This document shows, piece after piece, positions 1-13,949 of a DNA stretch of 64,000 nt. The DNA is from Octopus vulgaris (lineage: Eukaryota), in NCBI GenBank assembly GCA_951406725.2, contig OX597828.1:6386001-6450000 (forward strand), given 5' to 3'. The translations under genes and the position numbers were made by a program. The notes under the pieces are model-generated. The model saw only the letters and a list, made by a program, of their open reading frames with translations. It was not told where the DNA came from and ran no database searches. Within the stretch, counting starts at the first letter, position 1. Every line of letters begins with the position of its first letter.

Positions 1-351
1 GGAGGAGGAACGAACGGTTCTGCGGTGGATGCTTTAAACGGTACCTGCAGACCATGGCTTTTGGGTTATTTCCCTCCATCGGCACAGGATAATCGTTGGC
101 TAGAAATGGCAGCACTAGGCCTTGTTCAAAATATAAGTACGCAGTTGTGCGTCGGTAGCCAGCTGGAAAAGATGTTTTCCTGGAGCTAAAAAAGGCAGTA
201 ACATCGTCCTAGTCAGGACTGCCACTTTACGTTGGCAAATAGATATTAATCTATATTCATATACATATACATATTTGTATGAGTGTGTGTGCGTGCGAGT
301 GTATGCGTGTGCGTGTATATGTATGTATGCATTTGTACATGCATTGGCAGC

Positions 352-499
352 GGCGTAGCTGTGTGACGGAGAGTTTGAATCCCAGGCACATTATTCCGGG
401 CTCATTCCCACTGCGTGGTACCTCGAGTCTTGGGTGAACCAAAGCCTTGTGAGAGGATCTGGTGCGCGGAAATTGAAACAAACCCGTCGTATCTATCTA

Positions 500-543
<44 letters not shown>

Positions 544-733
544 GGGGGAAGGGGGCGCTGTGTACGTGACAATCAGTCTTGAGGTTTTTGCTTCAAGCGA
601 TTCAGTAAATGTGACTGATAAAATTAGTATCAGGCTTAAAGAGAAAATAAGCAATGTGGTCGATATGTTCGAATAAAATTCCTCAAGGTGGTGCTCCAGT
701 ATGGCCTTAGTCTAATAACTGAAACAAATAAAA
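352..733 (+). mobile_element. SINE family A (tRNA-derived, CORE-like, octopus OR-type), diverged copy
   Basis: Head ggcgtagctgtgtg...cccactgcgtggtacc, body accaaagccttgtgag, internal (TA)n, tail ggtgctccagtatggcc...actgaaacaaataaaaga; aligns by eye with the better copies at 25371 and 43035. Confidence 0.75.
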
Positions 734-761
734 GATTATATAATTATATATGTATATATAT

Positions 762-866
<105 letters not shown>

Positions 867-1020
867 CATACATACACATATATATATATATATAGTGAGA
901 AAGAGAGAGAGAGAGAGAAAAAGAGACAGACAGACAGGCAGATATTAAGTAGGTGCGTCACTAATATTTTTGGGGTTGTTTAGTTGATTTCATTGACCTT
1001 AGAATATTACTAGTGAGTAC

Positions 1021-1053
<33 letters not shown>

Positions 1054-1064
1054 ATATATATATG

Positions 1065-1131
<67 letters not shown>

Positions 1132-1710
1132 ATCCTTCTAAAGATGAAAGAGCAATATTGACCATGTTTGGATTTCTATGCAGAATGCTGAAAGCGAAAA
1201 ATGAATACTTTAACGCTTTCAGCTTTATGCTTCACAGAGCTTACCGTTTCCGCCAACATTATCGCTGCTATTTTCGAAATATAGTTTTTTTTTATATAAA
1301 TTTATTAAATGCTTTATATGCATATGTTGTATCGCGTTAAAGGAATATAATAAATGGAAGTTTGGTTTATTGCTTTATTCCTTCACAGATTAATATTCAT
1401 TTATTTATCATAATTTCAGAGAGTATGAAGATTGGATCTGCGATATATACATCGTTCCGCAATATTGACAGTTCAAATGAAGTAAAGTAGCCTGTAGCCA
1501 AAGAATATTGAAACCACGCAGTGAGAACACGCAAGGAGATTCCTGCTTCTCACAACAAATAATATTAGACAGGCAATGAGTCAACATCGTTACTACTGCT
1601 TACGCTGTTATAAGTAACAAGCAAGTTCCTTAGTTGGGAAAGGAAAGGACACCTAGGCCTATGGAGGTTAACATACCACAATAACGTCGATGCGTTTATG
1701 GACTGCATGC

Positions 1711-1918
1711 TTTTACTCTTTTACTTGTTTCAGTCATTTGACTGCGGCCATGCCGGAGCACTGCCTTTAGTCGAGCAAATCGACCCCAGGACTTATTCTT
1801 TGTAAGCCTAGTACTTTTTCTATCGGTCTGTTTTGCCGAACCGCTAAGTTGTAGGGACGTAAACACACCAGCTTCGGTTGTCAAGCGATGTTGGGAGGAC
1901 AAACAGACACACAAACAT

Positions 1919-2001
<83 letters not shown>

Positions 2002-2164
2002 CCACGGGCTTCTATCAATTTCCGTCTGACAAATCCACTCACAAGACTTTGGTCAGCCTGAAGCTATAGTAGAAGACACTTGCCCAAAGTGCCACAAAGT
2101 GAGACTGAACCCGGAGCCGTGTGGCTGGTAAGCAAGCTACTTACCACAAAGCCACTCATGCGCC
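1711..2164 (-). mobile_element. SINE family A, full length
   Basis: Reverse complement of the family consensus from ggcgcatgagtggct (box A-like) through the internal (TA)/(TG) tract to the (gtaaaaga)n tail. Confidence 0.9.
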
Positions 2165-2679
2165 TTTTGATCATAGATTATATTTTAAATGTTACACTGA
2201 TGCTAAATAATAATAGCAGTTAACAATATAGCATGTACTGACAAATGTATCGATACTGATTTCTGAGTTCGCAATTTCCTTCAGATCTCTTATAAACCTC
2301 CTTAACAACGTTTACACTTCGGGATGAAAGAGATGGGTCGGAGAACTTACATAAAAAGTTATAATATAAGCACCCAACCATCAATTTTGTGAGGAAGTAG
2401 AGACTAATCAATAAACCCAAAGTTTCGTTACTATAGTGTTCCCAGTTCTTAGTCCGGAACTTTCTTTATCAATTTTAATTTACCGAATCAGTATTTGAGT
2501 AAAATTTTAATTCTATCGATCCAAAATGGCTGGCAGTGGACATTGGCATAATTTGAATTCAGCTTGTCAAGATACATAATGATATACCGCAAGACTCCTT
2601 CTATCTTGCACTTTTTTGAATATCCATCTCTTTTGTTGTTGAACTATGTTCTCAGTGTTGATAGAATAAAATGCACATC

Positions 2680-3150
2680 ATAAAGCGCTATGACTCTACT
2701 CTCTAGTGCGAAGACGGGAGTAGTATTCGTAGATGATGCTGGTAGGGTTGGCACCAAATTTTGGCATCGGTAGCCATACCAGTCCCCGTACTGGACGTCA
2801 CTGCAGTGTGCCAGTGGTCCCAGTTGCCCTGTCTAGAATGTGGACCATGTACTGAAAAAAATTCGTATTTAAGGTCTCGTAGCTATCTAATAACTTGCCA
2901 AAACATCCGAAGAAACTTCATGGAGTAGGTGTAGATGTTTTCAAGAAATAATAAACCTCACGTTGTCCAAGGTCTCACATGAACCTATATCACGACAAAA
3001 ACTCAAAAGAGGGCAGCAGTATCGAACTCCTTTTTCCGTTAAAACCCAGTCGCGTAACCATGACAACGGAAAAGCGGATTACACTGGCTGTGCTGCAGCA
3101 TGGCCGCAACATTTGGACTGAAACATAAAAAGGAATAAAAGAAAATAGAA
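2680..3150 (+). mobile_element. CR1-type LINE 3' fragment, decayed
   Basis: Colinear with 62680-63155 (gggttggcaccaaa, ggaccatgtac, actcaaaagag.gcagca.t.tcga, gattacactggc...ctgaaacat). Confidence 0.8.
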
Positions 3151-4129
3151 TATACTTTCAGGTACTAAATTAATACACTCTGATGTTGAGTTCCAATTTC
3201 GCCGAGGTGAATTGGCTTTTCGTCATTCCAGACTTAACATGCCTCTGCACAGACATTGATATTAACACCTACTACAAACATACCCGCGTACACACAAGCA
3301 TATGTTGATATGCGAAAAGAGTCCATGCTGTTTCTGTCTAACAAATCTCCAAAGTTTCGGTCGATCCGAGGCTACAGCAGATGATACATGCCCAGTCAGC
3401 GCTATGCGGGTTTGAATCCGGATCGACGGTGATTGGAAAGCGAATTTTTAAAATTGCAGTGCAATGCTTAAAAACAAAAATATCCTATTCATTTCTGGTT
3501 CTGTTCAGTTTCACAGTACTTGCAAAATAATGAACCGTTAATGGTTAATTCTACAGAGCTATTTGGAGTGATGTGAAACATTGACAATGGACTGTTAAGT
3601 GCAAGCATAGAATGAAAATCATCTCTACTCGGCCACCCTCACTCATCACTCCATAGTGCTAATAATTGATTACTCTACAAACTGGGTTCATTTAGTAATG
3701 ATTTAGTAATCGTTCTTCATAGATTAACTTGTACTGAAGTCGATGCAATTAAATATTACATCACCACCTCTCTTGCAAGTGTTGTCATTGTGTTTTTTCA
3801 AAAGAGCTCCTTACTGAAAAAACTGCTCAGCTATCGATCATCAGGCCTTTTAAGTACAATGAGAATAAGAGAAATCTGCAAAGAACAATGTTAAATTTAC
3901 TAAAGAAAAAAAAGAACGGTGGAGTGAAAAACGAGTGAATGTTTAATGCAATACACATCTCACTGGAATGTCGATTGAACAGCTACAAACAGCAGCTAAA
4001 ATCTCTTTCAAATGACACCAAATTGTTTTATAAGATACATCGAGTAAAGAGGACCAGTATATATCCTGTTTCAAAAGTTTAAGGATGGACACTGCATAAA
4101 TGCGAAACACACACACACATACATGTCTG

Positions 4130-4223
<94 letters not shown>

Positions 4224-4410
4224 TGTGTATGTGTTTGTTTCCCCACCCACCCAACATCGCTTGACAACCGATGCTGGTGTGTTTACGTCCCTGTAACTTA
4301 GCGGTTCGGCAAAAGAGACCGATAGAATACGTACTAGGCTTACAAAGAATAAGTCTTGGGGTCGATTTGCTCGACTAAAGGCGGTGCTCCATCATGGCCA
4401 CAGTCAAATG
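4130..4410 (+). mobile_element. SINE family A, 3' half
   Basis: (TA)(TG) tract then caacatcgcttgacaaccgatgctggtgtgtttacgtcc...gactgaagcaagtaaaagag. Confidence 0.85.
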
Positions 4411-5399
4411 ACTGAAGCAAGTAAAAGAGTTCACTCATGGGACTCCAGGGCAACTCCTTCAACGTTTTAGTCCAATAAATCTACACAAATGCTTTCTTTT
4501 AAGTGTAGTACTATTCTGCCAGTCTCTTGTCACGAACCTTTAAGTTATATGGACATAAACAGATCACTGCTGGTAGTCTAGCGGTAATAGGAACGAACTC
4601 AATGATGAGAATATTCATGTGCACATGAACAAACACGAGCTCGTGCACGCACACACACACAGTATTTCTAATCGAGTTTCATCCACCAAATTTTCTCACG
4701 ATGCTGCCGTGAATTGGGTCTGAATCCAGAGTCACGTTGTAGGGAAGTAAGTCTCTTAACTGCACAGTCCTTCTTCCACACCTGTATATGTATAATATAC
4801 GTATATGTGTGCGTAGATGTGCGCACCTGTGCATGTGTGTGTGAGTTCGTGTATGTTTGTTATATGTGTGTGTGTATGTGCGTGTGTTTGTTTGCATGTG
4901 CATGTATGTTGTACTCAAGGATGCTCTGTAGCAAAGTAATTAAGTTGTATATAAAAGTATATGTAACCACTCACGTTTAATGTAGGGCATTTCTCGCAAC
5001 TTTTTTCTGCTGCAACGCATTTACGCTACATTCTTTCAATACTTTACTAACTTATGTGTGGTACCTATTTGCCTCTTATAACATTTATATTTTTCCTTCC
5101 TATATTTTCATATGAATTTTATTTTTTCATTTATGTCTTATTCCTTCTATCTTTCTAAAATTCTGAAACAATTCGTGATAGTAATTTTTCCTTTCCAGTA
5201 AATATCATACCTATTTCCCTTTCTCAATGGTCGTCGGTATTCGAAAATGCACAACAAACTTAGAGGTCATTCGGTTCAGGAAACGGTGATGAAAGTGAGA
5301 ATGTTACTTTCGTTTCTCGATACTTTCACAACACCATTGAAGTGGAAGATTTTAGAACCATCCTATTCGTTCGTATGGATTTCAACTCGCTGAAAAGCT

Positions 5400-5510
5400 C
5401 TCGAGCTGGCAGAAACGTTAGCATGCCGGCTGAAATGCTTAGAGGTATTTCGTCTGTCTTTACGTTCTGAGTTCGAATTCCGCCGAGGTTGACTTTGCCT
5501 TTCATTCTTT
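5400..5510 (+). mobile_element. SINE family B, 3'-truncated
   Basis: gagctggcagaaacgttagc...ttctgagttcgaattccgccgaggttgactttgcctttcat; ends just before the inverted duplication. Confidence 0.8.
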
Positions 5511-5521
5511 AGTATATAGAT

Positions 5522-5823
5522 TTCTTGCCAATAGAGAAAGAACCGGTTTCTAACCTAGATCCAAGGCTCCTTCACTGGAATTTCAACATCAACAACAGGG
5601 TTTTGTTGTTTGTATGTATGCACGTATATTCTTTTATTTTTTACTTGTTTCAGTCATTTGGCTGCGGCCACGCTCGAGTACCACCTATACTCGAACAAAT
5701 CGGCCTAGGATGTATTTTTTGTAAGGCTAGTCCGTATTTTATGGGTCTCTTTTGCCGAACCGCTATGTTACAGGGATATAAAAACTCAACATCGGTGAGG
5801 GGCCAAACGCAGACAAATAACAA

Positions 5824-5855
<32 letters not shown>

Positions 5856-6267
5856 TTATATATGACGGGCTTCTTTCCGTTTCCGCTTACCAAATCCACT
5901 CACAAGGCTTTGGTCGGCCGGAGGTTATAGTAGAAGACACCTAACCAAGGTACTACGCAGTGGGGCTTAGCCCGGAACCATGTGGTTGGGAAGCAAGCTA
6001 CTTACCACACACCCACTCCTGCGCCTGAAAACTAGTACTAATATATCGACTATATATCGACTATATATTAGTACTAGTTTTCAGGCGCAGGAGTGGGTGT
6101 GTGGTAAGTAGCTTGCTTCCCAACCACATGGTTCCGGGCTAAGCCCCACTGCGTAACACCTTGGTTAGGTGTCTTCTACTATAACCTCCGGCCGACCAAA
6201 GCCTTGTGAGTGGATTTGGTAAGCGGAAACGGAAAGAAGCCCGTCGTATATAAATATATATATATGT

Positions 6268-6322
<55 letters not shown>

Positions 6323-6626
6323 TGTGTTTGTTATTTGTCTGCGTTTGGCCCCTCACCGATGTTTTTATATATCCCTGTAACTTAGCGGTTCGGCAAAAGA
6401 GACCCATAAAATACGCACTAGCCTTACAAAAAATACATCCTAGGTCGATTTGTTCGACTATAGGTGGTACTCGAGCGTGGCAGCAGCCAAATGACTGAAA
6501 CAAGTAAAGAATAAAAGAATATACGTGCATACATACAAACGACAAAACCCTGTTGTTGATGTTGAAATTCCAATGAAGGAGCCTTGGATCTAGGTTAGAA
6601 ACCGGTTCTTTCTCTATTAGCAAGAA
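5522..6626. repeat. Large inverted (fold-back) duplication: arms 5522-6046 and 6063-6626, 16-bp spacer; each arm is an RLE-LINE 3'UTR piece plus a SINE A copy
   Basis: Arms are reverse complements with few differences (cctgaaaactagtactaatatat / atatattagtactagttttcagg); ORF-track peptides 5525..5944 and 6165..6659 are near-identical on opposite strands. Confidence 0.95.
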
Positions 6627-6704
6627 CTCTTGAAATAAACTGAAGAATGACATACACATTTCCAGTAAATATCGGTACTTAGTTGTACCATTTATTTACT
6701 AATT

Positions 6705-6748
<44 letters not shown>

Positions 6749-6933
6749 GGTATGAAATCACAGGTGATACAAGTCTATATTTTTAAATGTCTTACTTTGA
6801 AAAATTGCATTCGGTGGGATTAGTAAAATGTTTTGGTAGAAATGACTAATTTTGTCCCTCTTAGCGTGTGGCATGTATGTATAATAATGCCCTCTATATA
6901 TAAACTTATATATATATATAGTAAGAGAAAGAG

Positions 6934-7310
6934 AGGCACAGGCGTGACTGTGTGGTAAGACGCTTGCTTCCCAACCAAATACTTTCAGGTACACTCCAAC
7001 AGCGTGGCAGCTCGAGCAAGTATCTTCTACTGTAGGGTCGAGCCGACCAAATTCTTGTCAGTAGATTTGGTATATGGAAACTGATAGAAGCACGTCGTAT
7101 ATATACATATATGTAAATATCTTTGCGTGGGTGTGTCTGTTTCTGTATTTGTCCTCCAATACCACTTAACAACCGGTGTCGGTGCGTTTACGTCCCCGTA
7201 AATTAGCAGTTCTGCAAAGAAGCCAAACGGATAAGTACTAGGCTTAAGAAATAAGTCCTGGGGTCGATTTGTTCGACGCCAGGTACGCCATCATGCCACA
7301 AGTTAAATAA
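6934..7310 (+). mobile_element. SINE family A, diverged
   Basis: ggcacaggcgtgactgtgtggtaag head, ggaaactgatagaagcacgtcg, ataagtcctggggtcgatttg. Confidence 0.8.
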
Positions 7311-7356
7311 TATATATATATAGATATGTATGTATTATATATGCGTGTGTGTATGC

Positions 7357-7630
7357 TCTTTACTTTTATTCTGTTTTACTCTTTTACTTGTTTCAGTTAT
7401 TTGACTGTGGCCATTATGGAGCACCGCCTTTCGTAGAGCAAATCGACACAAGGACTAATTCTTTCTAAGCCTTGTACTTGTTCTATCGGTTTTTTTTGCC
7501 GAACTGCTAAGTTACGGGGACTTAAACACACCAGCATCGGTTGTCACGCGATGTTGGGGGACCAGCACAGACACACAAGCATATACAGACACACATACAT
7601 ACACACACAGACATACGCACACACACACAC

Positions 7631-7667
<37 letters not shown>

Positions 7668-7853
7668 ATATATATATACATATATACGACGGGCTTCTTT
7701 CAGTTGACTATGTCTACCAAATCAACTCGCAAGGCTTTGGTCGGCCATAGGCTATAGTAGAAGACACTTGCTCAAGGTGTCACGCAGTAGGACTGAACCC
7801 GGAACCATGTGGTTGGCAAGCAAGCTAATTACCACACAGCCACTCCTACGCCT
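7357..7853 (-). mobile_element. SINE family A, full length
   Basis: Reverse complement of consensus with internal (CA)n and repeated gtaaaaga tail. Confidence 0.9.
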
Positions 7854-8336
7854 ATGATTGTACATGTATGTTTGTATGTGTTGAGCAAGCAAATATTCGG
7901 CAGTCCCATGAGTATGCGAAGACATATAGCTCCTTTAGAACTAAATATGAGTCTTGCTGCTTATAACTCTTTGGGGTAATCTGCATGTCCCCAAAACTGT
8001 GTGTGTGCCTTGTGAAAATCATTGGTGCTCAGAACATTTCAATGTAGCCTGAGTTATCAGCTCAGACGCGAAACTATCAGGAACGATGCGTTAACTCACT
8101 CAAAATAATACATTAATCAACACTCGTATTGAGTACAATATTTGTCCATGGAAATTCACTTAGGTTGACACATATATACACCCACACAAACACGTGTACA
8201 CACGCTTGCCATCCTCCAACACATATATATGTGAGTCTCTGTGTCTGTGTGCATGTGCATGTGTGTTTGTGTATGTGTACATATATATATGTATATGTAT
8301 ATGTATACATATATATATGTATATATATATATATGG

Positions 8337-8370
<34 letters not shown>

Positions 8371-9276
8371 CACATACATACATGCATACATACATATATT
8401 CTTACATGCATGGATTCATACATGAATGTGCGAATGTGTCTGTGTTTATGTTTGTATGCATTTGCATGTGTGTATTTCTCATCTAATGCAGATGTCTGTT
8501 TTTCTTCACTTTTCCACTTTACATATAAATATTTTTTTTGTTCCTATGATTTGCAGTTCTAGTTGATTTTTTATCCGTGCCTGATTTTGTTTCTAAGTCA
8601 TATTTATTCATTTTTTTAATGTTCTTTTTAGTCTTTGTTTTTGTAAATTTATTTATTTGTATATTTGTTATGTTAATGCAATGTCGCGTAAATCTAATTG
8701 AATCAAAATATGCCGTTTCAAGCGACCAGACCGTATAAAATGCTTAGTTCTTCTACAGCCTCACCCAACGCCCAACCTACATAACATAACACAACCCACC
8801 CACAACGTCACCGCACAGCTCTTACCACAATATCAGAACGTCAGTAGATTCAGTTCCTCCAAATATTTACCAACGGAAATTTGCTAGAAAATCTATTTTA
8901 GTGAGGAACAAGAACACACACATCACTAGGATTTGCTCTTAGTTTTGTTATTTTTATTGGTATAACTGTTAGTACTGTTATTGTTATTAGGAAGAAATCA
9001 TTATTAATAATAAAGAAATCGTTATTAATATTATTAGTATTTTTTTTTTTTCATTATTTGTTTTTAGTACATTCTGCTTTCATTTTCTTTTTCTCCCGTT
9101 GGCGATATTGTTCCTTTTATTCTGTAATGCGTTCTAGAAACAAAATCGTCTGGATTTTTGCTATTGATGCAATGGCTGACATGTCTAGTCGATATACGAT
9201 TTTAAGTAACTATTTATATATACTCACACCCGCATATGTAGTGGACACGACACGACCAACTGTTATCAGAGACAGG

Positions 9277-9312
<36 letters not shown>

Positions 9313-10012
9313 AACGCGCACACACCTTTACACACTTATACATGTATGTGTGTGTACATATGTTACGTGCACACACACACACACATATATTTATACATAT
9401 ATTATATATGTATTTATATACGTATATTATACATACATATATATGTACTTATATAAGTATATTTATATATTTATACATACATACTATATAAACACAAATT
9501 AGACGTAGAAACATATGCGTAAGTATAAACACATACCTAGAAATGTATGCTATTGTGTATAATTTTGCATTCTCTGTCTGACTACATGTACTTTTTAGTA
9601 AGTAATATAGCAAATAAGTACCAGCAAACTATTTTAGAATTGTGACATAATTATACGGAATTATTATTGGTGTGTAGAAAAATGTTACGCCCTCGCATTA
9701 TAATTCAGCGAAATTGTCATCATGCTCATAAGAATATTATTAAATGCATATGTATAAATGTCTATGTATGTAGGCTTTATTCGTCCCCTAAAATTTGGGA
9801 GCATAATGTCGTGCCACCGATGGAGTTTTCCTTGCGGCATGCAAAATCTGAGAAGCATTCATGTTATATTGTATGATGTATGTGTAATATCATGAATATA
9901 TAAAAAAACTTTTTACTTGGGGGTGGGTCGTTTTTTGTGAATTATACACACACTATTTATTTGATCTTCACTTTATTTCGATTATTATTATTATTATTAT
10001 TAATTTTTATGA

Positions 10013-10410
10013 CTGCGTGCTGGCAGAATCGTTAGCACGCCGGGCGAAATGTTAAGTGGTATTTCATCTCCCGCTACATTCTGAGTTCAAATTTCGCCGA
10101 GGTCCACTTTGCCTTTCATCCTTCCGGGTTCGATTAAATAAGAACCAGTTACGCACTGGGGTCGATATAATCGACTTAATCCGTTTGTCCATCCATGTTT
10201 GTCTCTTCTGTGCGTAGCCCCCTGTGGGTAGTAAAGAAAAAGAAATAGGTATTTCGCCCATCGCTACGATTTGATTTCAAATTCCGCCGAGGTCGACTTT
10301 GTCTTTCATCTTTTCGAGGTCGATAAATTAAGTACCTGCGAAACACCGGGGTCGAAGTAATCGACTCTCCCCTCCCCCAAAATGGTTGCCCTTGGGGCAA
10401 ATTTTGAAGA
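10013..10410 (+). mobile_element. SINE family B, dimeric form
   Basis: ctggcagaatcgttagcacgccgggcg head; body gaggtcgactttgcctttcatc..tcgataaattaagtacc repeated after the junction aaagaaataggtatttcg; preceded by (TTA)n. Confidence 0.85.
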
Positions 10411-11842
10411 GAAATTTTAATTCATTTATCTCTCAAAATTTTTTGGTCATACATCCTGTGACCTCTTTAACGACACACTGTCCTGTGTGTTTCCTCTTGC
10501 TCTGCCTATTCCATTTTGTCCTTCCGTGATATGAATATGTATCTGTATAAACATTTACGTCTCTATCTGTGCGTGTAAAAATCCGTATCAGTGAGTGAAA
10601 ATCATTTTAACAACTTTTTAAAAGTTTACCTTAAGTTTGGCCTGGTTAATTTAAACATATTTGTTCTTTCAGTCTAACATTCATCCACATAGTAAAAATT
10701 TTGAGGATTTGGTTATCTATTTACACTTGATACTTTATAGTTACATAGGTTTGTTAAATTATTGATTTAAGTGGAATCTATTTATCATGAACTATTCCCA
10801 TGAGGTCTTCCGCTAGAAAAAGTTGCCCCTATCACTGATTTCACTTGCCTGACTCGACTTATCTGGCAAAAATCTTTGCGTTCATTCTTGCTATTTTAAA
10901 AAGTAAAATGCATATTGGATTGGTCAGTCTGGGACAGAATCAAACGTAGAACGAAGCGAATAGGTCATGGGTAGAATATCATCAATCACAGCTCTATTCG
11001 GTTGATCACAGTAAATCCATGATATAAACAACAATGACACGAATGTTTACTTTCTAACTGCTCGTGAATACCAGTCCATAGGAAATAAGCTCGGAGTGAG
11101 TCTAATAATTGATTCTAACACACCTTCCATTTAAATTAATATTGCTTCACACACTCCTCTATTCTCTTTGGTATGTGTAATGAATATCACAGATTCTTTC
11201 CAAGAGGTCCTTAGAATGTTATGCTTGTATGCCGAAACGTATAGGTTCCGTACCACAAAACCTACTTATCATAGACTTTTATTAAACTGCTACCTTTACG
11301 CTGTTGATGCACAGCGTAATAAATTCGATTTCATGTTTATATTTAGGGAAGAACATAGAGAAATACGATTAACTGTTTCACTGGAACATTTCTGTCAATG
11401 TATAATTATTCCTAAAAGTATTTGTATACATAAAACTATAAATCTCTCATTGGTTCAGGGACTGTATCCTATCACAAGGTGATACGATAGTTGTATTTGC
11501 TCTCAGTTCAATGAACTATTATTGGACGATACTCTTGAATAGTTTCCTATCATTTATTCATGGCCTGTAGGTGAATTTAAATTCAGTATTCCAAGAGAAG
11601 AGAGCTACTTATTAATGGTGTGTTTCTTCTCTATTCAGTAGAATGTAGTATGGAGTCATGGTTCCTTTTACGACAAGCATATGTGCATTGTGTTAGAAGA
11701 ACATTGTGATTGTCAGCTTAGCATAGTAGCTTTGGATTTTGACCTTAGCTTAGACCATAATATAAATGTTGGTGTACGAACTCTTAACACCAAATCAAAT
11801 CAACAAATCTAGACTAGGGTATTTAGAAAACACACGACTGCG

Positions 11843-11886
<44 letters not shown>

Positions 11887-12278
11887 TTGAAATTATTTAT
11901 CTTCTCACTAAAAACCAATAAAAACAATAATATAGTAGGATTCTTCGAAGAAGAAGAAACATCTGTAGTTGACGAGTTAGAATATCTTCGAATATCTTTT
12001 AAAGATGGCTGACTGAAAATTACAATTCTTTCATCGTCACATTTTCATTCGTCTGATCCACTTTACACTAATGTCTATCTCATATTTCCCCTCTAGTTAA
12101 TGATATCATTTCGAGAAGAGATTTTTACAGAGATACTCAAAGCTAACACCAGATTTGAATTCACAGAGGTGAGGAAGATTGCTGACGAAACCGATGTATG
12201 TTTTTATATATATACATAGATATACACATATAAATACATGCATACAAACATACATACATACATACATACATACATACA

Positions 12279-12314
<36 letters not shown>

Positions 12315-12372
12315 TATATATGTATATTTTATATATATACATATAGATATATACATATATATGTACACACAC

Positions 12373-12403
<31 letters not shown>

Positions 12404-13552
12404 TGTATGTATGTATGTATGTATGTATATATATATATATGCATATTTAAATATACATACATTTGTTATATGTGCCTATATACGTTTTAATGGATGTATG
12501 GATGGGTGTGAATATGTCTGTATGTAAGTATGCAAGTATAATATATATAGGTGTTGCTTTGTGTTATATCGTTACCGCGTTACGATCTTCGTCGAATGCT
12601 GGAATTGCTCAGAGGAAGATAAAAGATTCATCGATAGATATTTAGTGGTGTTCCGTTGCATCTAACAAGATAAATAAGATTTTACCTTTGATAATTTACC
12701 AGTGTCAGAAGTGTTGGTATAATATATGCAAGGATATGTATGATTCTGTGTGTGTATAGGTGTGCTTTGCACTGTATTTGGATATAGAAAAGGATATATA
12801 CAAATTTAACTACATATATTTGTGAGATTTTATGAGTTTTTATGCGTATGTGTGTACAAGTGTATATCAGAAAAACAGTGTTGCTCTAGAGCTTGAAAAT
12901 GTATAAAAATTTGTGAATTGGAGTTCATACATATATATGTGATACCATGACTATAATTTACATGATTACATATTTATTTTCTGCCTTTTTTCTTGTTTTT
13001 TTTTATTCTGAACATATTTGTTTCACGAAACTTATATTTCATATCAGCCACCAGCACAAGTATTTGCCATACAGATCTTCATTTGAATCTAAGTGGCACT
13101 TTTCTTCCTATAGATGGAAAGAAATCTTAATATTTGTTAAGAAACATTAATATTTGTTGGTGTTTTACTGAGGCCTTCCAAGCAGGAACAAATTCAGTAC
13201 AAGCACACGAAGCAGTAGGGTTCGATATAAACATGTGTATATTCATTTTTAAAACGCTATTTCTCAACAGAACATGACAGCCATTCACTTCAGGTTTTGT
13301 TTCGGAGAAAATATTCTTGCAATAGATGTAAAAGCAAATCGAAGGGAACTCTACATAACGTCTGCAGACTACTAACGACGGCGTATCGGCATGTTTGTGC
13401 CTCTTTAGTGGCAGATACTATCACGGCAATTTGAATCTAAACAGCGGAGAGATAAAAGTAAATATAAATATATCCACAGTACATGCACGTGTCTAGTGTA
13501 CATAATGTTTATTTTAATATATGTATGGTAAGTGCGTCTAAATTAAGACACA

Positions 13553-13606
13553 AGAAAGATAAATAAAAGATACTTGAACAGAAAGATAAATAAAAGATAC
13601 TTGAAC
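13553..13606. repeat. Perfect 27-bp tandem duplication
   Basis: agaaagataaataaaagatacttgaac x2. Confidence 0.9.
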
Positions 13607-13749
13607 AGAACTAAGCTATAATCACTAAAGCAACATACAACGTAGGTGCTGAGATGAAAATATTTTCATGAGGTATCGGTGAATCCAAATGCCACTTGCA
13701 CGTAGATAATTTAGGCAATATGCGTTATCAAATTAATGATAAACCCATG

Positions 13750-13782
<33 letters not shown>

Positions 13783-13861
13783 GTGTGTGTGCAGAGAGAG
13801 AGAGAGAAACAGAGAGAGAGAGAGGGAAAGTGAGATACATACATGCATGCATACATACACT

Positions 13862-13921
<60 letters not shown>

Positions 13922-13949
13922 TGTGTGTCTACTATTGCCATTGTTGTAG

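Noticed and set aside
1-195. Open frame at the window start (..DNRWLEMAALGLVQN..*)
   Set aside because: Possibly an RTE-like LINE 3' end or a last exon; too short and cut by the window edge to call
5525-6659. Recurring peptide YDGLLSVSxYQIHSQGFGRPEAIVEDT in several ORFs
   Set aside because: Antisense translation of SINE family A, not a gene family
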